Source: Lama guanicoe (Eukaryota). From it: 64,000 nucleotides of DNA. Location of the stretch: positions 2,767,168 to 2,831,167 of the forward strand of contig MU053482.1 of the NCBI GenBank assembly GCA_013239625.1. The letters run 5' to 3'. The translations under genes and the position numbers were made by a program. The notes beneath the pieces were generated by a model that searched no databases, had not been told where the DNA came from, and saw nothing but the letters and a program-made list of their open reading frames with translations. Below, one piece after another: positions 24,125 through 36,610 of this stretch (positions are counted from its first letter, which is position 1; each line of letters opens with the position of its first letter).

Positions 24125-25870
24125 AAGCCTTCCTTCCTTCCTTTCATCCTTCTTTCCTTCCTTCCTTTCTCCAGCAAATATTTACTGAATGTCTACTACA
24201 TGCCAGCCAAGCACTGAGGATAGAGAAGTGAACAAAACAAAGTCTGTGTCACTATGGAGCTCACATTCTAGTTAGGGGAGACAGACAATAAACATGTATA
24301 TTAAGTATTATATATTATATTGTCAGATAATGATAAGTGCAACAGAGAGAAATGAAGCCAGGTGAGGGAGATGGGGTGTACTCTTTTTTGTAGAGTAGTC
24401 AGGGCACACTTTGTTGGTAACATTTGAACAGAGATATGAAGTAGGTGAAGGGGCAGTCCTTTGCAGCTCTAGGGAAAGGATTTCCTAGGCAGAAGAAACA
24501 AAAGTGTAAAGGCCCCACGGCAGAGCAGTGTGCTTGGCATGTTGGAGGACGCCAGTGTGATGGCAGTGGAGTGAGTGGGAAGGATGAAAGGGGATGTGAT
24601 TAGAGAACTCGATTGTACCCTGTCCTGTGATACGGAGCTGTTAGAGTGTTTTGGCCAGAGGAATGAGATGTTCTTATTTACCTTTTAAAAGACTCAACTT
24701 GGTTGTTGTGAAGAACACTGTCAGAGTTCAGAGACTGTTACAGTAATCCAGATAAGAGATGATATGGTGCTTTGGAACAGGGTACAGTGGTAAAGGTGGT
24801 ACAGAGAGCCTGAGGATGCATCCAGCAGGATCTGATGATGGTTTGAATGTGAAGTTTGAAAGGAAGAGTCAGTGATGACCTAATGTTTTAGGAAGAATGG
24901 AATGGCCATTTTTTGGAGTTTTGTTGTTTGTTCATTTGTTTGTGTTTTGTAGAGGGAGACAGGAATTAGGAACTTAGTTTTGTACATATTAAATTTGAAT
25001 TGTCTGTTAGAAAGCTAAGTGAACAAGTCAAGTACGCTGTTGAATATCAGAGCTTGCAGCTTAGGGAAGAAGTCAGAGATGATTTTGGAGCTGTTTGTGA
25101 GCTCATGATATCTGGAGCATGAGAAGGCATCAGCTCCAGCCCAGACCTCTCTCCCCAAATGTTTATTCAGCTGTCTACTTGACATCTCCACTTAAAAGTC
25201 TAAAAGACAACCTACACCAGGAACTAATATAACATTGTAAATCAACTATACACAATAAAAAATATTGCAAAAAGAGAAAAACAAAAAAGTAAAAATAAAA
25301 GACAACCCAGAGTCAACGTGTCCACACCCAAACATCTGATCTTACCCCCTAAACTGCTGCACCCAGCCTCCCCTGTCTCAGCTGATGAGGGTACCATTCT
25401 TCCATTGCTCAGACTAAAGCCTAGGAGTCATACTTTACTTTTTCTCTCCTCTTGCACATCCAATCTGTCAGGAATTCCTGTTGGCTCTGCCTTCAGAATA
25501 TATCCAGAATCTAATCCAAACACTTCTCACCACCTGCACTGCTCCCCTCCTGGTCAGAGCCACTCTTACTAATTTCTTGCCTGGGTTACTGCATTAGCCT
25601 CCTGTAATTTCCTCTGTTTCTACACCCACCCTCAGGTTCAGAAGTCTCTTCTGAACACAGGAGCCAGAGGGATTCTTTTAAAACATGTCAGAGCAAGTCC
25701 CTCTTCTGCTCAAAACCCTCCAGCAAAAGTCCTTACAATAACCCGCGAGGCCCCGTGTGATCTGACCCAGAGGAGTGCAGCTCTGTCTCCTACTGTTCTC
25801 TTCATGATTCACTTTGCTCCAGCAACACAGGTCTCCGTGTTGGTCCTCAAACATGCCAGACACACTCCTG
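24125..25870. mobile_element. L2 remnants (both orientations)
   Basis: L2 3'-end motif CAAATATTTACTGAATGTCTACTACATGCCAG and typical L2 body fragments. Confidence 0.65.
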
Positions 25871-26158
25871 CCTGATTTTGCTCAGCTCACTTTCTCCGTG
25901 AGAATTTCTCTCTCCCAATTTCTCTCTCCATCCCCTTTCCCCCATGGTAACCATAAGTTTCTTTTCTATGTCTGTGAGTCTGTTCCTGTTTGTAAGTAAG
26001 TTCTGTGTCATTTTTTTAGATGCCACATATGTGATGTTATATGGTATTTGTCTTTCTCTGTCTGACTTACTTCACTTAGTATGATAATAATCTCCAGGTC
26101 CATCCACGTTGCTGCAAATGGCATTATTTCTTCTGGCATTATTTCATTCTAAGATCTT

Positions 26159-26256
26159 TATTATTATTAGTATTTTTTTTTAATGAAAGTGCTGGGAATT
26201 GAACCTAGGACTTCATGCATATAAAGCATGCACTCTACCATTGAGCTATATCCTCC
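26159..26256 (-). mobile_element. tRNA-Ala-derived SINE with 10-bp TSD, adjacent to an L1 3' fragment (~25910-26148)
   Basis: TSD CTAAGATCTT at 26149-26158 and 26257-26266. Confidence 0.85.
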
Positions 26257-26606
26257 CTAAGATCTTCTTTAAAGTAGGAATTTTATCTTTCATCTTCTTC
26301 TCCTTGAACTTGTAAAATCCATTGGGATTCTCCCCATGGAATTTTATCCTGATATAACATATTTTTAGCCTTGAAAGTATTTTATTGATTACCTTATTAT
26401 TCTTTTCTGCAACAAAAAATATATATGAATTGAAATTTTTTAAAGTATTTCCTGCGATCATCAGATTATAGATGTTAAATTTCTTCTGAACTGAATTAGC
26501 ATTATAATTATTAGTAGTACCTAAAATTGAGCAGAACAATATAAATGTGTTATAAATTATAAATAATTATTAAACATGAAAAAGTTTTTTTAGTAAAAAT
26601 GTCTTT

Positions 26607-26751
26607 TTTCTTTTTTTTTGCATTTTTTTATTGAAATATCGTCAGTTTACAATGTTGTGTCAATTTCTAGTGTACAGCATAATGCCTCGGTGATACATAT
26701 ACATACATATATTTGTTTTCATATTTGTTTTCATTATAGGTTACTACAAGA
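26607..26751 (-). mobile_element. L1 3' terminus with poly(A), forming the 3' half of a chimeric insertion
   Basis: Same L1 tail motif as other copies in the window. T-run on the + strand next to TSD AAAAATGTCTTT (26595-26606). Confidence 0.9.
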
Positions 26752-26772
26752 AACATCTTTTTAATTTTTTTT

Positions 26773-27101
26773 CTGTAGATGCCTCTTGGCCACATAAGCA
26801 GCCGCCCCGGTCTTCCTGGCGCCCGTGGGCAGCCGTTGATGATATTCTTGCCTTCCAGGGCAGGGATAATCACCTCCCACTGGTAGGGTTGCAGCTCTAT
26901 TCTGGGAAAGACTGGGAGCTCAGACCTCTGGCCCTTGGGGCTCCCTCCCAGGTCCGGCCCTCTTTACAGCTATTTCCCACTCCTGGCTAGCCCAGTCTGG
27001 TATAGGGAACGCCCTTTGCCCAGGACTCCATCCCACTTGAGTAAAGTGGGGCCGGGCAATAGAGGGACCTAATGGGAATGTGATCTGGGCAAGAGGAGAG
27101 G
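26773..27101 (-). pseudogene. DHX58: DHX58 (LGP2) retro-fragment: first 43 codons (disabled) plus ~200 bp upstream, apparently intronic sequence
   Basis: 26900->26773 reads (I)[20 protein letters not shown][N, 1-nt deletion][20 protein letters not shown], against the recalled LGP2 N-terminus [43 protein letters not shown]. The start codon is ATA and is preceded by TCTTTCCCAG|A. Confidence 0.9.
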
Positions 27102-27564
27102 AAAAATGTCTTTCTGAATGAGATGGGTGGGCCTATGTTTTTCTTAGTCCATGTATTGATGGTTAAATATTACCTTGCTCACATAAATAAGAACATGAGA
27201 ATAGAAGGAGTTTTGATATTGCAGACTATCCCTATTATTTGAGCCCCTTCAGAATTAAATGCCAAAAATCACATTGCAATCTATTATAAAATTTTTTTTA
27301 ATCTGTCAGCTGACAACTTAATTTTCAGTTTTGTTGAAAGCAGAAGAGTTGGAAATTACCAAACTTTCAAAAGCGTTGTTACCCAGTTAGAATTGTTCAC
27401 TTTTCAATTTCTGGGAAGCATACCAAGCAAAGCTTTTCTAAAACATAACAAATTAATATTACTTATATCTTTGATTCTTTCAAACAGAGGCATCCTATTT
27501 AACCCAATAAACTCAGAAAGAATTGGGAACATAAAAATATTAATTTTAATATGCCTTGCGAATA

Positions 27565-30500
27565 CAGCTGACCTTTGAACAACATGGGTTTGAACTGAAA
27601 ATTGCAGATTTTTTCAATAAATACATTGGAAAAATTTTTGGAGATTTGCAACAATTTGAAAAAATTCTCAAACCACACAGCCTAGAAATATTGAAATATT
27701 TTTTAAAAGTTAGGTTTGTCATGAATGCATAAAATATATGTAGACTCTAGTCTGTTTTATCATATACCACCATAAAATTTACACAAATCTGTTATAAAAA
27801 GTTAAAACTTCTCAAAATTTAGGTGCAGAAATGCAGGCCATACATGGCACCATTCACAGTACAAAGAAATGTGAATAAATGTAAAGATGCAGTATTAAAT
27901 CGTAACTGCATAAAATTAACTATAGTACATACTATACTACTATAATAATTTTGTAGCCACATCCTGTTGCGACTGCAGTGAGCTCAAGTGTTATACTTGC
28001 TTAAAATGCCGTGTGAAGCTAATCATCTCCCCATGAGCAGTTTGTCGCTCCAGTAAATAACATATCTCAGTAAAATGTCATCTCTTATGGTTCTCACATA
28101 TTTTTCATCACATTTAGTGCAACGCTATAAACCTTGAGTAACCTCATAGGACCCATACGAAGTGCCATTAGTGATGCCAGAAGTGCTCCCAAGAAGCAGA
28201 GAAAAATCATGACATTACAAGAAAAAGCTGAATTGCTTGATGTGTACTGTAGATTGAGATCTGCAGCTGTGGTTGCCCATGATTTAAAGACAAATGAACT
28301 CAGCGTAAGGACAGTTGTTTAAAAAAAAAAAGAATAGGAAATTTGTGAAGCCCATCGCTGCAGCTACTCCAGCAGAAGCGAAAACCTTGCACTTTTTGTG
28401 AAATACCTTTTTATCTTGTACTGAAAGTGCAGCTTTTAAATGGGTCCAGAATTGCTGTAAGAAAGGCATACCTGGCCATCATTCAAAAGTCCACAAATGA
28501 TAAATGCTGGAGAGGGTGTGGAGAAAAGGGAACCCTCTGGCATTGTTGGTGGGAATGCAGTTTGGTGCAGCCATTGTGGAAAACAGTATGGAGATTCCTC
28601 AAAAGACAAAATAGACTTACCATATGACCCAGCAGTCCCACTTCTGAGCATATATCCCAAGGGAACCTTAATTCAGAAAGATACCTGCACCCCAATGTTC
28701 ATAGCAGCACTATTTACAATAGCCAAGACATGGAAACAACCTAAATGTCCATCAACAGATGACTGGATAAAGAAGTTATGGTATATTTTTTACAATGGAA
28801 TACATATTTTTTACAATACTACTCAGCCATAAAAATGATAAAATAATGCCATTTGCAGCAACATGGGTATCCCTGGAGAATGTCATTCTAAGTGAAGTAA
28901 GCCAGAAAGAGAAAGAAAAATACCATATGATATTATTCATGTGTGGAATCTTAAAAAAAAGAAGACAAATGAACATATATATAAAACAGAAAGAGACTCA
29001 TAGACATAGAATACAGACTTGTGGTTGCCAGAGGGAGAGGGGCGGGAAGGGATAAACTGGGAGTTCGAGATTTGCAGATAGTGACTGGTATATATAAAAG
29101 AGATAAACAAGTTTATACTATATAGCACAGGGAAATATATTCAATATCTTGTAGTAGCTTACAGTGAAAAAGAATATGAAACTGAATATATGTATATCCA
29201 TGTATGACTGAAGCATTGTGCTATACACCAGAAATTGACACAACATTGTAAACTGACTATATCTCAATTTTTTAAAAAGGCATACCTATAAACTCAGATA
29301 ATATTCAAGAAAATGTGGCATTACATGACAACTTAAAGCAAAAGGAATATGAAGGATCCACGGCTGGAGAATTTATGCCAGTTGGATAATTTTAGAAAGA
29401 AGTTCGGCTTAAAAAATTCAAGACAACAGGAGAAGTAGCTTCTGTCAACCAGAGGCAGGAGACAAGTTCCCAGATGCTATAAAGAAAATCATTGAGGAGA
29501 AAGCATAGCCACCTGAATAGGTTTTTAGTGCAGACAAAAGTGCCCTATTCTGGAAAAAAAATGCCACAAAGGACATTTATTAGTAAGGAAGGAAGTGAGC
29601 ACCAGAATTTAAGGCAGGAAGGGCTATGCTAACTCTCCTGTTTTGCTCAAATGCAGTGGGGTTTATGACCAGGACCATCCTTATCTATAGAGCTGCTAAC
29701 CCCTGAGCCTTGAAGGGAAAACATAAACACTAGCTGTCAGTCTTTTGGTTGTACAACAAGAAGGTCTGAACGAGAACCCTTTTTCTGGATTGGTTCCATT
29801 GATGCTTTGTCTCTGAAGTGAAGAAGTATCTTGCCAGTAAGGGATTGCCTTAAAGTTCTTTTGATATTGGACATTGCCCCTGGCCACCCAGAACCCCATG
29901 ACTTCAACACCGAAGGTATCCAAATGGTCTCCTTGCCCCCAAACACAATGTCTCTCATTCAGCCTCTAGATCAAGGGGTCACATGGACCCTTAAGTCTCT
30001 TTACACATGGTACTCTGGAAAGAATTGTCAGTGCTGTGGAAGAGAACCCCAACAGAAAGAACATCATGAAAGTCTGGAAAGGTTATACCATTGAAGAGGC
30101 CATCATTGTTGTAAAAAAATGCTGTGGCCATCAAGTCCCAGACAAATAAGTTCTGGCTGGAGAAAACTGTGTCCAGATGCTGTACATGACTTCACAGGAT
30201 TTATGACAGAGTCAAACCAGGAAATCATGAAAGAGATTGTGGATACGACAAAAAAGGAGGGAGAGGGAAGGGTTTCAAGATATGAATCTGGGAGAAATTC
30301 AAGGAATTCAAGACACTGCACGAGAGGAATGAACAGAAGATGATTTGATGGAGATGCATGCTTCTGAACTGTGTCAGATGATGAGGAAGAAGCAGCAGTG
30401 CCGAAACAGACTGACACTAGGGAATCTGGCAGAAGTGTTCCGATGAATAAGACTGCTTTTGGCTTCTTTTATGCCGTAGACCCTTCTATGTATGACATGG

Positions 30501-31770
30501 GCACTGAAACTAAAGCGGATGCTGAAAGAAGGATTAGTACCATATAGAAACATTTTTAGAGATATGAAAAAGCAAAAACATCAGACAGAATTACGTTGTA
30601 TTGTCCTAAAGTAACATGGAGTGTGCCTGCCTCTCCTGCCTCCCTTCCACCTCCTCTACCTCTTCCTCCTCTGCCACCCCTGAGACAGCAAGACCAACCT
30701 CTCTTCTTCCTCCTCCTCCTCAGCCTACTCGAGTAAAGATGACGAGGATGAAAGCCTTTATGATGGTCCACTTCCACTTAATGAATAGTAACTAATCATC
30801 ATGCTGTACAATTAATAAACTTATCTGTTGTGTATGTGTGCGAGCGTCTTTGTATGAAAATTGAGCGACTGCACTGCAAGAACCGTATGAGATGTTTTTG
30901 TGTCATCATCATCATCCCCTGCGTAGTCATCGTGTAGAACATCATGTGCAAGACTGGTATTGAAGAGGATAGCCTCTCCTTCCACCAGCATCAAGCAAGT
31001 GATATTTAACATAAAGTTAATAATGTGTTAGTTTTCTTACTGTTTTATAATTTTGCTTTCCAAGAATTGCATTACTGTACAGTATATCTCTCTCTCATAA
31101 TTGGAGAAACTGGGTATCAGCCTATCATTCATGGATAAGTGTTTTTTTTTAAATGTAGCAATGCTTCCAATACCATGTTATGAATGACTGTAATACTATA
31201 TACCATAAAAATTGTATAATGATTCATTCATTAGTGTATAGGCTGGGCTATTGTGAAGCAATTGTATCAATTACACTGGCTACTGTAAAGCAGTCATATT
31301 GCTATTTCTTTGTTATCAGTGCATGAATTGTCATACTTGTAAATAAATGTGATTTTCTTTTTCACATGATCTTTTCATTTTTCATGTCTGGTGCTAGTAA
31401 TACAACATCTACAGTGTTTTGTATCATATAAGACAATACTGATGAAAGTACTGACAGATGATTCATCTGTTAACAGGGAATGTAAATTTATGATATGGAT
31501 AAATACAGTACAGTACTGTAAATGTGTTTTCTCTTATGATCTTTCAAATAACACGTTCTTTTCTCTAGCTTACTTTATTGTAAGAATACAACATATAATT
31601 CATATAACATACAAAATATGTGTTAATCAGCCATTTATGTTATAGGTAAGGCTCTTTCAACAGTAGGCTATGACTAATCAAGTTTTCGGGGAATTAAAAT
31701 TATATGCGATTTTTGACTATGTGGGTAGGGGTTGGCGCCTCTAACCTCCACATTGTTCAGGGGTTAACAA
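27565..31770 (+). mobile_element. Full-span Tigger2-family (TcMar-pogo) DNA transposon, decayed transposase
   Basis: TA + TIR CAGCTGACCTTTGAACAAC at 27565 and inverse TTGTTCAGGGGTTAACAA + TA at 31770. HTH remnant APKKQRKIMTLQEK (28134-28322) and DDE remnant LLILDIAPGHP...LPPNTMSLIQPLDQGV (29831-30094). Confidence 0.9.
28474..29275 (+). mobile_element. 5'-truncated L1 (ORF2 C-terminus + 3' UTR) inserted into the Tigger2
   Basis: ORF2 end ([35 protein letters not shown]). TSD AAAGGCATACCT at 28462-28473 and 29276-29287. Confidence 0.93.
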
Positions 31771-32010
31771 TATAATTTAAAAATAAAATGCTTTTTTTTT
31801 CTCATGGGCTTTAAGTATAATTTGTTAAAACCTTGGAGCTGCAGATTTGATTCATTCGATTTAAGAGAAATGTCTACCCCATAAAAATATTGGCAAACCC
31901 AGCATATTATCAAATTAATCATCCAGTCTTCATATTTCAATTTCAATAAGCATGTTGTGTTTCCCTATGGCAAATGTATGTCATGTGAATTCTACCTCCA
32001 AGTTGACTGA

Positions 32011-32063
<53 letters not shown>
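32011..32063. repeat. (CTAT)n tetranucleotide microsatellite
   Basis: Read directly from the sequence. Confidence 0.95.
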
Positions 32064-32401
32064 ACATCTTATTAATCCACTTATCTATCAATGGGCACTC
32101 AAGTTGTTCCATTATATTGCCTATTGTAAATAATGCTGCAGTGAACATAGGGTTTCGTATATCTTTTCAAATTAGTGTTTTTGTCTTCTTTGAAAAAGTA
32201 CCCAGAAATGGAATTTCTACATTGTATGGTAGTTCTATTTTTAATTTTTTGAGGAAATTTAATACTATTTTCCAGAGGGCTGCCCCAATTGTTATTCCCA
32301 CCACCAGTGTACAAAGTTTCTTTTTTCTCAATATCCTCAGCAACACTTCTTGTTTGTTGTCTTTTTGACAATAGCCATTCTGACAGGTATGAAGTGACAT
32401 C

Positions 32402-32407
<6 letters not shown>

Positions 32408-32434
<27 letters not shown>

Positions 32435-32520
32435 ACGCGCTTTATGGAGGTACAGGGGATTGAACCCAGGACTTCGTGCATGCTACGCACATGCTCACCC
32501 ACTGAGCTATACCCACACCC
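32408..32520 (-). mobile_element. tRNA-Ala-derived SINE with (CA)n tail
   Basis: SINE body preceded on the + strand by (TG)n. Confidence 0.88.
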
Positions 32521-32649
32521 CATCCCCATTGTGTTTTTGACTTGTATTTCCATGATCAGTCATGTTGAGCATCTTTACATGTGTTTTTTGGCCATCTGTA
32601 TGTCTTCTTTGGGAGAATGTCTGCTCAGGTCCTTTGCCCATTTTTTTTA

Positions 32650-32785
32650 ATCTTTTTTTTTTTTGAGGGGGAGGTAATTAGGTTTACTTATTTATCTGTT
32701 TTTAGAGAAGTTACTAGGAATTGAACCCGGGACCCTGTACATGCTAAGCATGCACTCTACCAGTTGAGCTCTACTCTCACCCCAC
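32650..32785 (-). mobile_element. tRNA-Ala-derived SINE (long form)
   Basis: SINE body flanked by the TGCCCATTTTTT direct repeat. Confidence 0.85.
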
Positions 32786-35700
32786 TCTGCCCATTTTTTA
32801 ATTGGGTTTTTTAAAATATTGAGTTGTGGGAGTTCTTTGTATAATTTGGATACTAACCCCTTATAGGATGTATCATTCGCAAATATCTTCTCCCATTCAG
32901 GAGGCTTGTCTTTTCATTTTGTTGATAGTTTTCTTCACTGTGCACAAGCTTTTTAGTTTGATATAGTCTCACTTGTTTATTTTTGCTTTTGTTTCCCTTG
33001 CCTGGAGAGATATATTGAAAAATACTGCTATCATTTATATGAAAGAATGTATTGGCTATGCTTTCCTCTCAGAGTTTTATAAAAGTTTCAGTTCTTACAT
33101 TTTAATCTTTAATTCACTTTGAATCTGTTTTTGTGCATGGTGTGAGAGAGCAGTCCAGTTTGATACTTTTGCATGTAGCTGTCCAGTTTTCTCAGCACAC
33201 TTATTTAAAAGGCTGTTTTCCCCCACTGTATACTCTTTGCCTCCTTTGTCATAGGTTAATTGCCCACATCAGTGTAGGTTTATCTCTGGCTCTCTATTCT
33301 GTTCCATTGATCTCTGTGTCTGTTTTTTGTGCCAGTACCACACTGTTTTGATGACTATAGCTTTGTAGTATAGTTTGAAACCTCACTCACCTCACTTTCA
33401 GTTTGTGTCTGTCTTTATAGCCAAAGTGAGTCTCTTGTAGGCAGTATATGTATGGGTCTTGTGTTTTTATCCATTCATCCACTCTGTGTCTTTTGATTGG
33501 AGTTTATAGCCCATTTACATTTAAAGTAATTATTGGCAAGTATGTCCCTATTGTCATTTTATTAATTGTTTTCTGATTCTTTTTGTGGTTTCTTTTTATT
33601 CCTTTCTTCTCTCGCTCTCTTCCCTTGTGATTAGATGACTATCTTTAGTGTTATATTTCAATTCCTTTCTCTGGTGTGTGTGTGTGTGTGTGTGTGTGTA
33701 TCTATTATAGGTTTTTGGTTTGTGGTTTCCATGAGGTTTATAGATAACAATCTATGATTATTTTGAATGGATAATCTAAGTTTGAACACATTCTAACAGC
33801 CCAGCACCAGCCCCAGCTCCCTCCCATTGTTTAATGTTTTTGACATCATATGTTACATCTTTTTGTTTTGTGTATCCTTTCATTACTTATTGTGGATATA
33901 GGTGGTTTTACTACTTTTGTCTTTTAACCTTCCTACTTGCTTTATAAGTGGTTGATCTACTGCCTTTGTTGTGTGTTTGCCTTTACGAATGGGATTTTTC
34001 CTTTCATAATTTTCATAATTCTGGTTGTGGTCTTTTCTTTTCCACTTAGCAAAATCCCTTTTACATTTCTTGTAAAGCCAGTTTAGTGGTACTTAACTCT
34101 TAGCTTTTACTTGCCTGTAAAACTCTTTATCCCGCCTTCAAATCTGAATAATGGCCCTGCCGGGAAGAGTATTCTTGGTTGTAGTTTCTGCTTCTCACCA
34201 CTTTGAATATGTCAGGCAGCAACCTTCTGGCCTGCAAAGTTTTTTCTGAAAAGTCAGCCTGGGAGTTCTTTTTAAAAATTAAATTAAATTAAATTTTTAA
34301 AAATTGAAGTATAGTTCATTTACAATGTTCTGTAAGTTTCTGGGGCACAGCATAGTGATTCAGTTATACATATAAATATTCTTTTTCATATTATTTTTCA
34401 TTATAGGTTATTACAGGCTTATGGGAGTGCTTTTGTATATAACTAGTCGCTTTTCTCTTGCTGCTTTTAAGATTCTCCCTTTATCTTTAATTTTTGCCGT
34501 TTTAGTTATAGTGTGTCTTGGTGTGGACCTCTTTGGGTTCATCTTGTTTGGGACTGTTTGTGCCTCCTGGACTTGGATGTCTGTTTTCTTCCCTAGGGTA
34601 GGAAAATTTTCAGCTATTGTTTCTTCAAATAAGTTCTCTGTGCCTTTCTTTCTCTCTTCTCCTTCCAGGACCCCTAAATGCAAATGCTAGTCCACTAGAT
34701 ATTGTCTCAGAGGTCTCTTAAACTATCCTCAGTTTTAAAAATTCTTTTTTCTGTTCAGCTTGGGTGATTTCTACTACTCTTCCAGTTGGCTGATTCATTT
34801 CTCTGTATCATCTCATCTACTATTGATTCCTTCTAGTGTATTTTTTACTTCAGTTATTGTATTCTTCAGTTCTGTTTGTTTCTTTTTTGTATTTTCTAAC
34901 TCTTTGTTAAATTTCTCGTCATGTCATCCCTTCTCCTGAGCATCTTTATGATCATTACCTTGAATTCTTTTTCTACCCAGATTGCTTATCTCCACATCAC
35001 TTAGATCTTTTTCTGAGAATTTGTCATGTTCCTTCATTTAGAACATATTCCTCTGTCTCCTCATTTGGCCTAATTCTCTGTGTTTATTTCTATGTATTAG
35101 GTAGGATGGTTACTTTCCTGATCTTGGAGAAGTACCCTTATATAGGAGATGGCTTATGGAGCCCAGCGGCATACGCCTCTGTGGTCACCAGAGCTATATG
35201 CTCCAGGGGTGCCCCCTGTGTGGGCTGTGTCAGCCCACTGGTGGGAGGGGATGGGTCCTTGTGTGGATGGTTGGATAGCCTGGGAAGCCTGAGGATGGTG
35301 CTGGCCTACTGGTTGGAAGACCAGGTCCTGGTGGGGCAGGCTGTGAGGTCTGGAGGTCCCAGGACTGGTGCTGACCAGCTGGTGGGTGAGTAAGCCCCCA
35401 TAGCTAATAAGCTAGAGGGAGTACTCCAAAATGTCACTTGGATCAGTGTCCTGGTGGTAGAACAAGTTCCCAAAATAGGTTGCTTCTAGCATCTATGTCC
35501 CTAGGGGATCTGAATTGCCTCCTGCCTTTCCAGGAAGCCCTCCAAGATCGGCAAGTGTGTCTGACCCAGGATCCTTTAAAATTACAGCCTCTGCCCTGGG
35601 AATTAAAGCATGTGAGATTTTGCACATGCCCTTTAAAAGTGGAGTCTCTTTTCTATAGCCCTCCGGCTCTCTGAACGCAAGCCCTGCTGGCCTTCAAGGC

Positions 35701-36019
35701 CAGATATTCTAGGGGCTTATCTTCCTGGTGCAGTACCTCTGGGCTGATGCGTGGCTCAGACCCCTCACTTCTTAGGGAGAATTCCTGTGGTTGTGATGGT
35801 CCCCTCATTTGTGGGTCACCTCCCTGGGGGAATGTGTCTTGACTATACTATATTTCCATCCCTCCTACCCATGTCATTGTAGTTCCTTCTTTCTGTCTTT
35901 AACTATGCAGGCTCTTTTCTGCTAGTCTTCGGGTTGTTCTTGTAGATAGTTGTGTGCCTGTGGGAGGAGGTGAGCTCAGGTTTTTCTACTTCGCCATCCA
36001 TACCTTCTACCTCCAGGAA

Positions 36020-36255
36020 CTTTGGTTAACAACCTGAATCATCTCAGGAGATTTATCCCTAGAATCTCCTGAAAGGAATTCAGTCCACCCAACACACTGA
36101 TTTCAGCCTTTATGAGACCCTGAACAGAGGACCCAGTTGAGCCACATTGTTCCTTGTACTTCTGACCTACAGAACTATGAGATAATCAGTGAGTGTTGTT
36201 TCCAGCCACTTAGTTTGTGGTGCTTTGTTACAGCAGCCATGAAAATGAATACGCC
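36020..36255 (+). mobile_element. MaLR (MLT1-like) LTR fragment
   Basis: Typical 3' end ACTTCTGACCTACAGAACT...TTTGTTACAGCAGC...AATAC. Confidence 0.65.
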
Positions 36256-36419
36256 ATGCTATAGTTCTTTACATAATATTCTAAGACATTGACCCCCCAC
36301 CCACCACTTTATCACTATCGGTCAGTCCCTCGTGCCTTTACTTCCTCTGTTTTCCAGTTTAGACTCTCTAGTCTGCCGATACAGTTATTCCCAGCTCCTG
36401 CTCTTTCCCTTTATTGCAG

Positions 36420-36610
36420 CGCTGCTCAAACTTGACTGGGCACAGCATCAGGTCCCCCGCAGGGCTTGTTAAAACACAGACTGCTGGGCCCTACCCGCAG
36501 ACTTTCTGATTCAGGAGGTCTGCAGTGAGGCCTGAGACTTGACATTTCTTCCCAGTTTTCAGTGATTCTGGTGCTACTAGTCTGGGGACCACATACTGAG
36601 AACCACTGCT
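36420..36610. mobile_element. MER5A-like hAT-Charlie MITE
   Basis: GCTTGTTAAAACACAGACTGCTGGGCCC...TCTGATTCAG...GGACCACATACTGAGAACCACTG. Confidence 0.75.

Larger units (their letters stand above)
32003..36004 (-). mobile_element. Old L1 with 5' UTR, ORF1 and internally deleted ORF2, hosting younger inserts
   Basis: ORF1 remnant 34411-34683 (ENFPTLGK...QVQEAQTVPNKMNPKRSTPRH) and ORF2 3' remnants at 32100-33380. Candidate TSD TTCTACCTCCA at 31990-32000 and 36005-36015. Confidence 0.85.
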
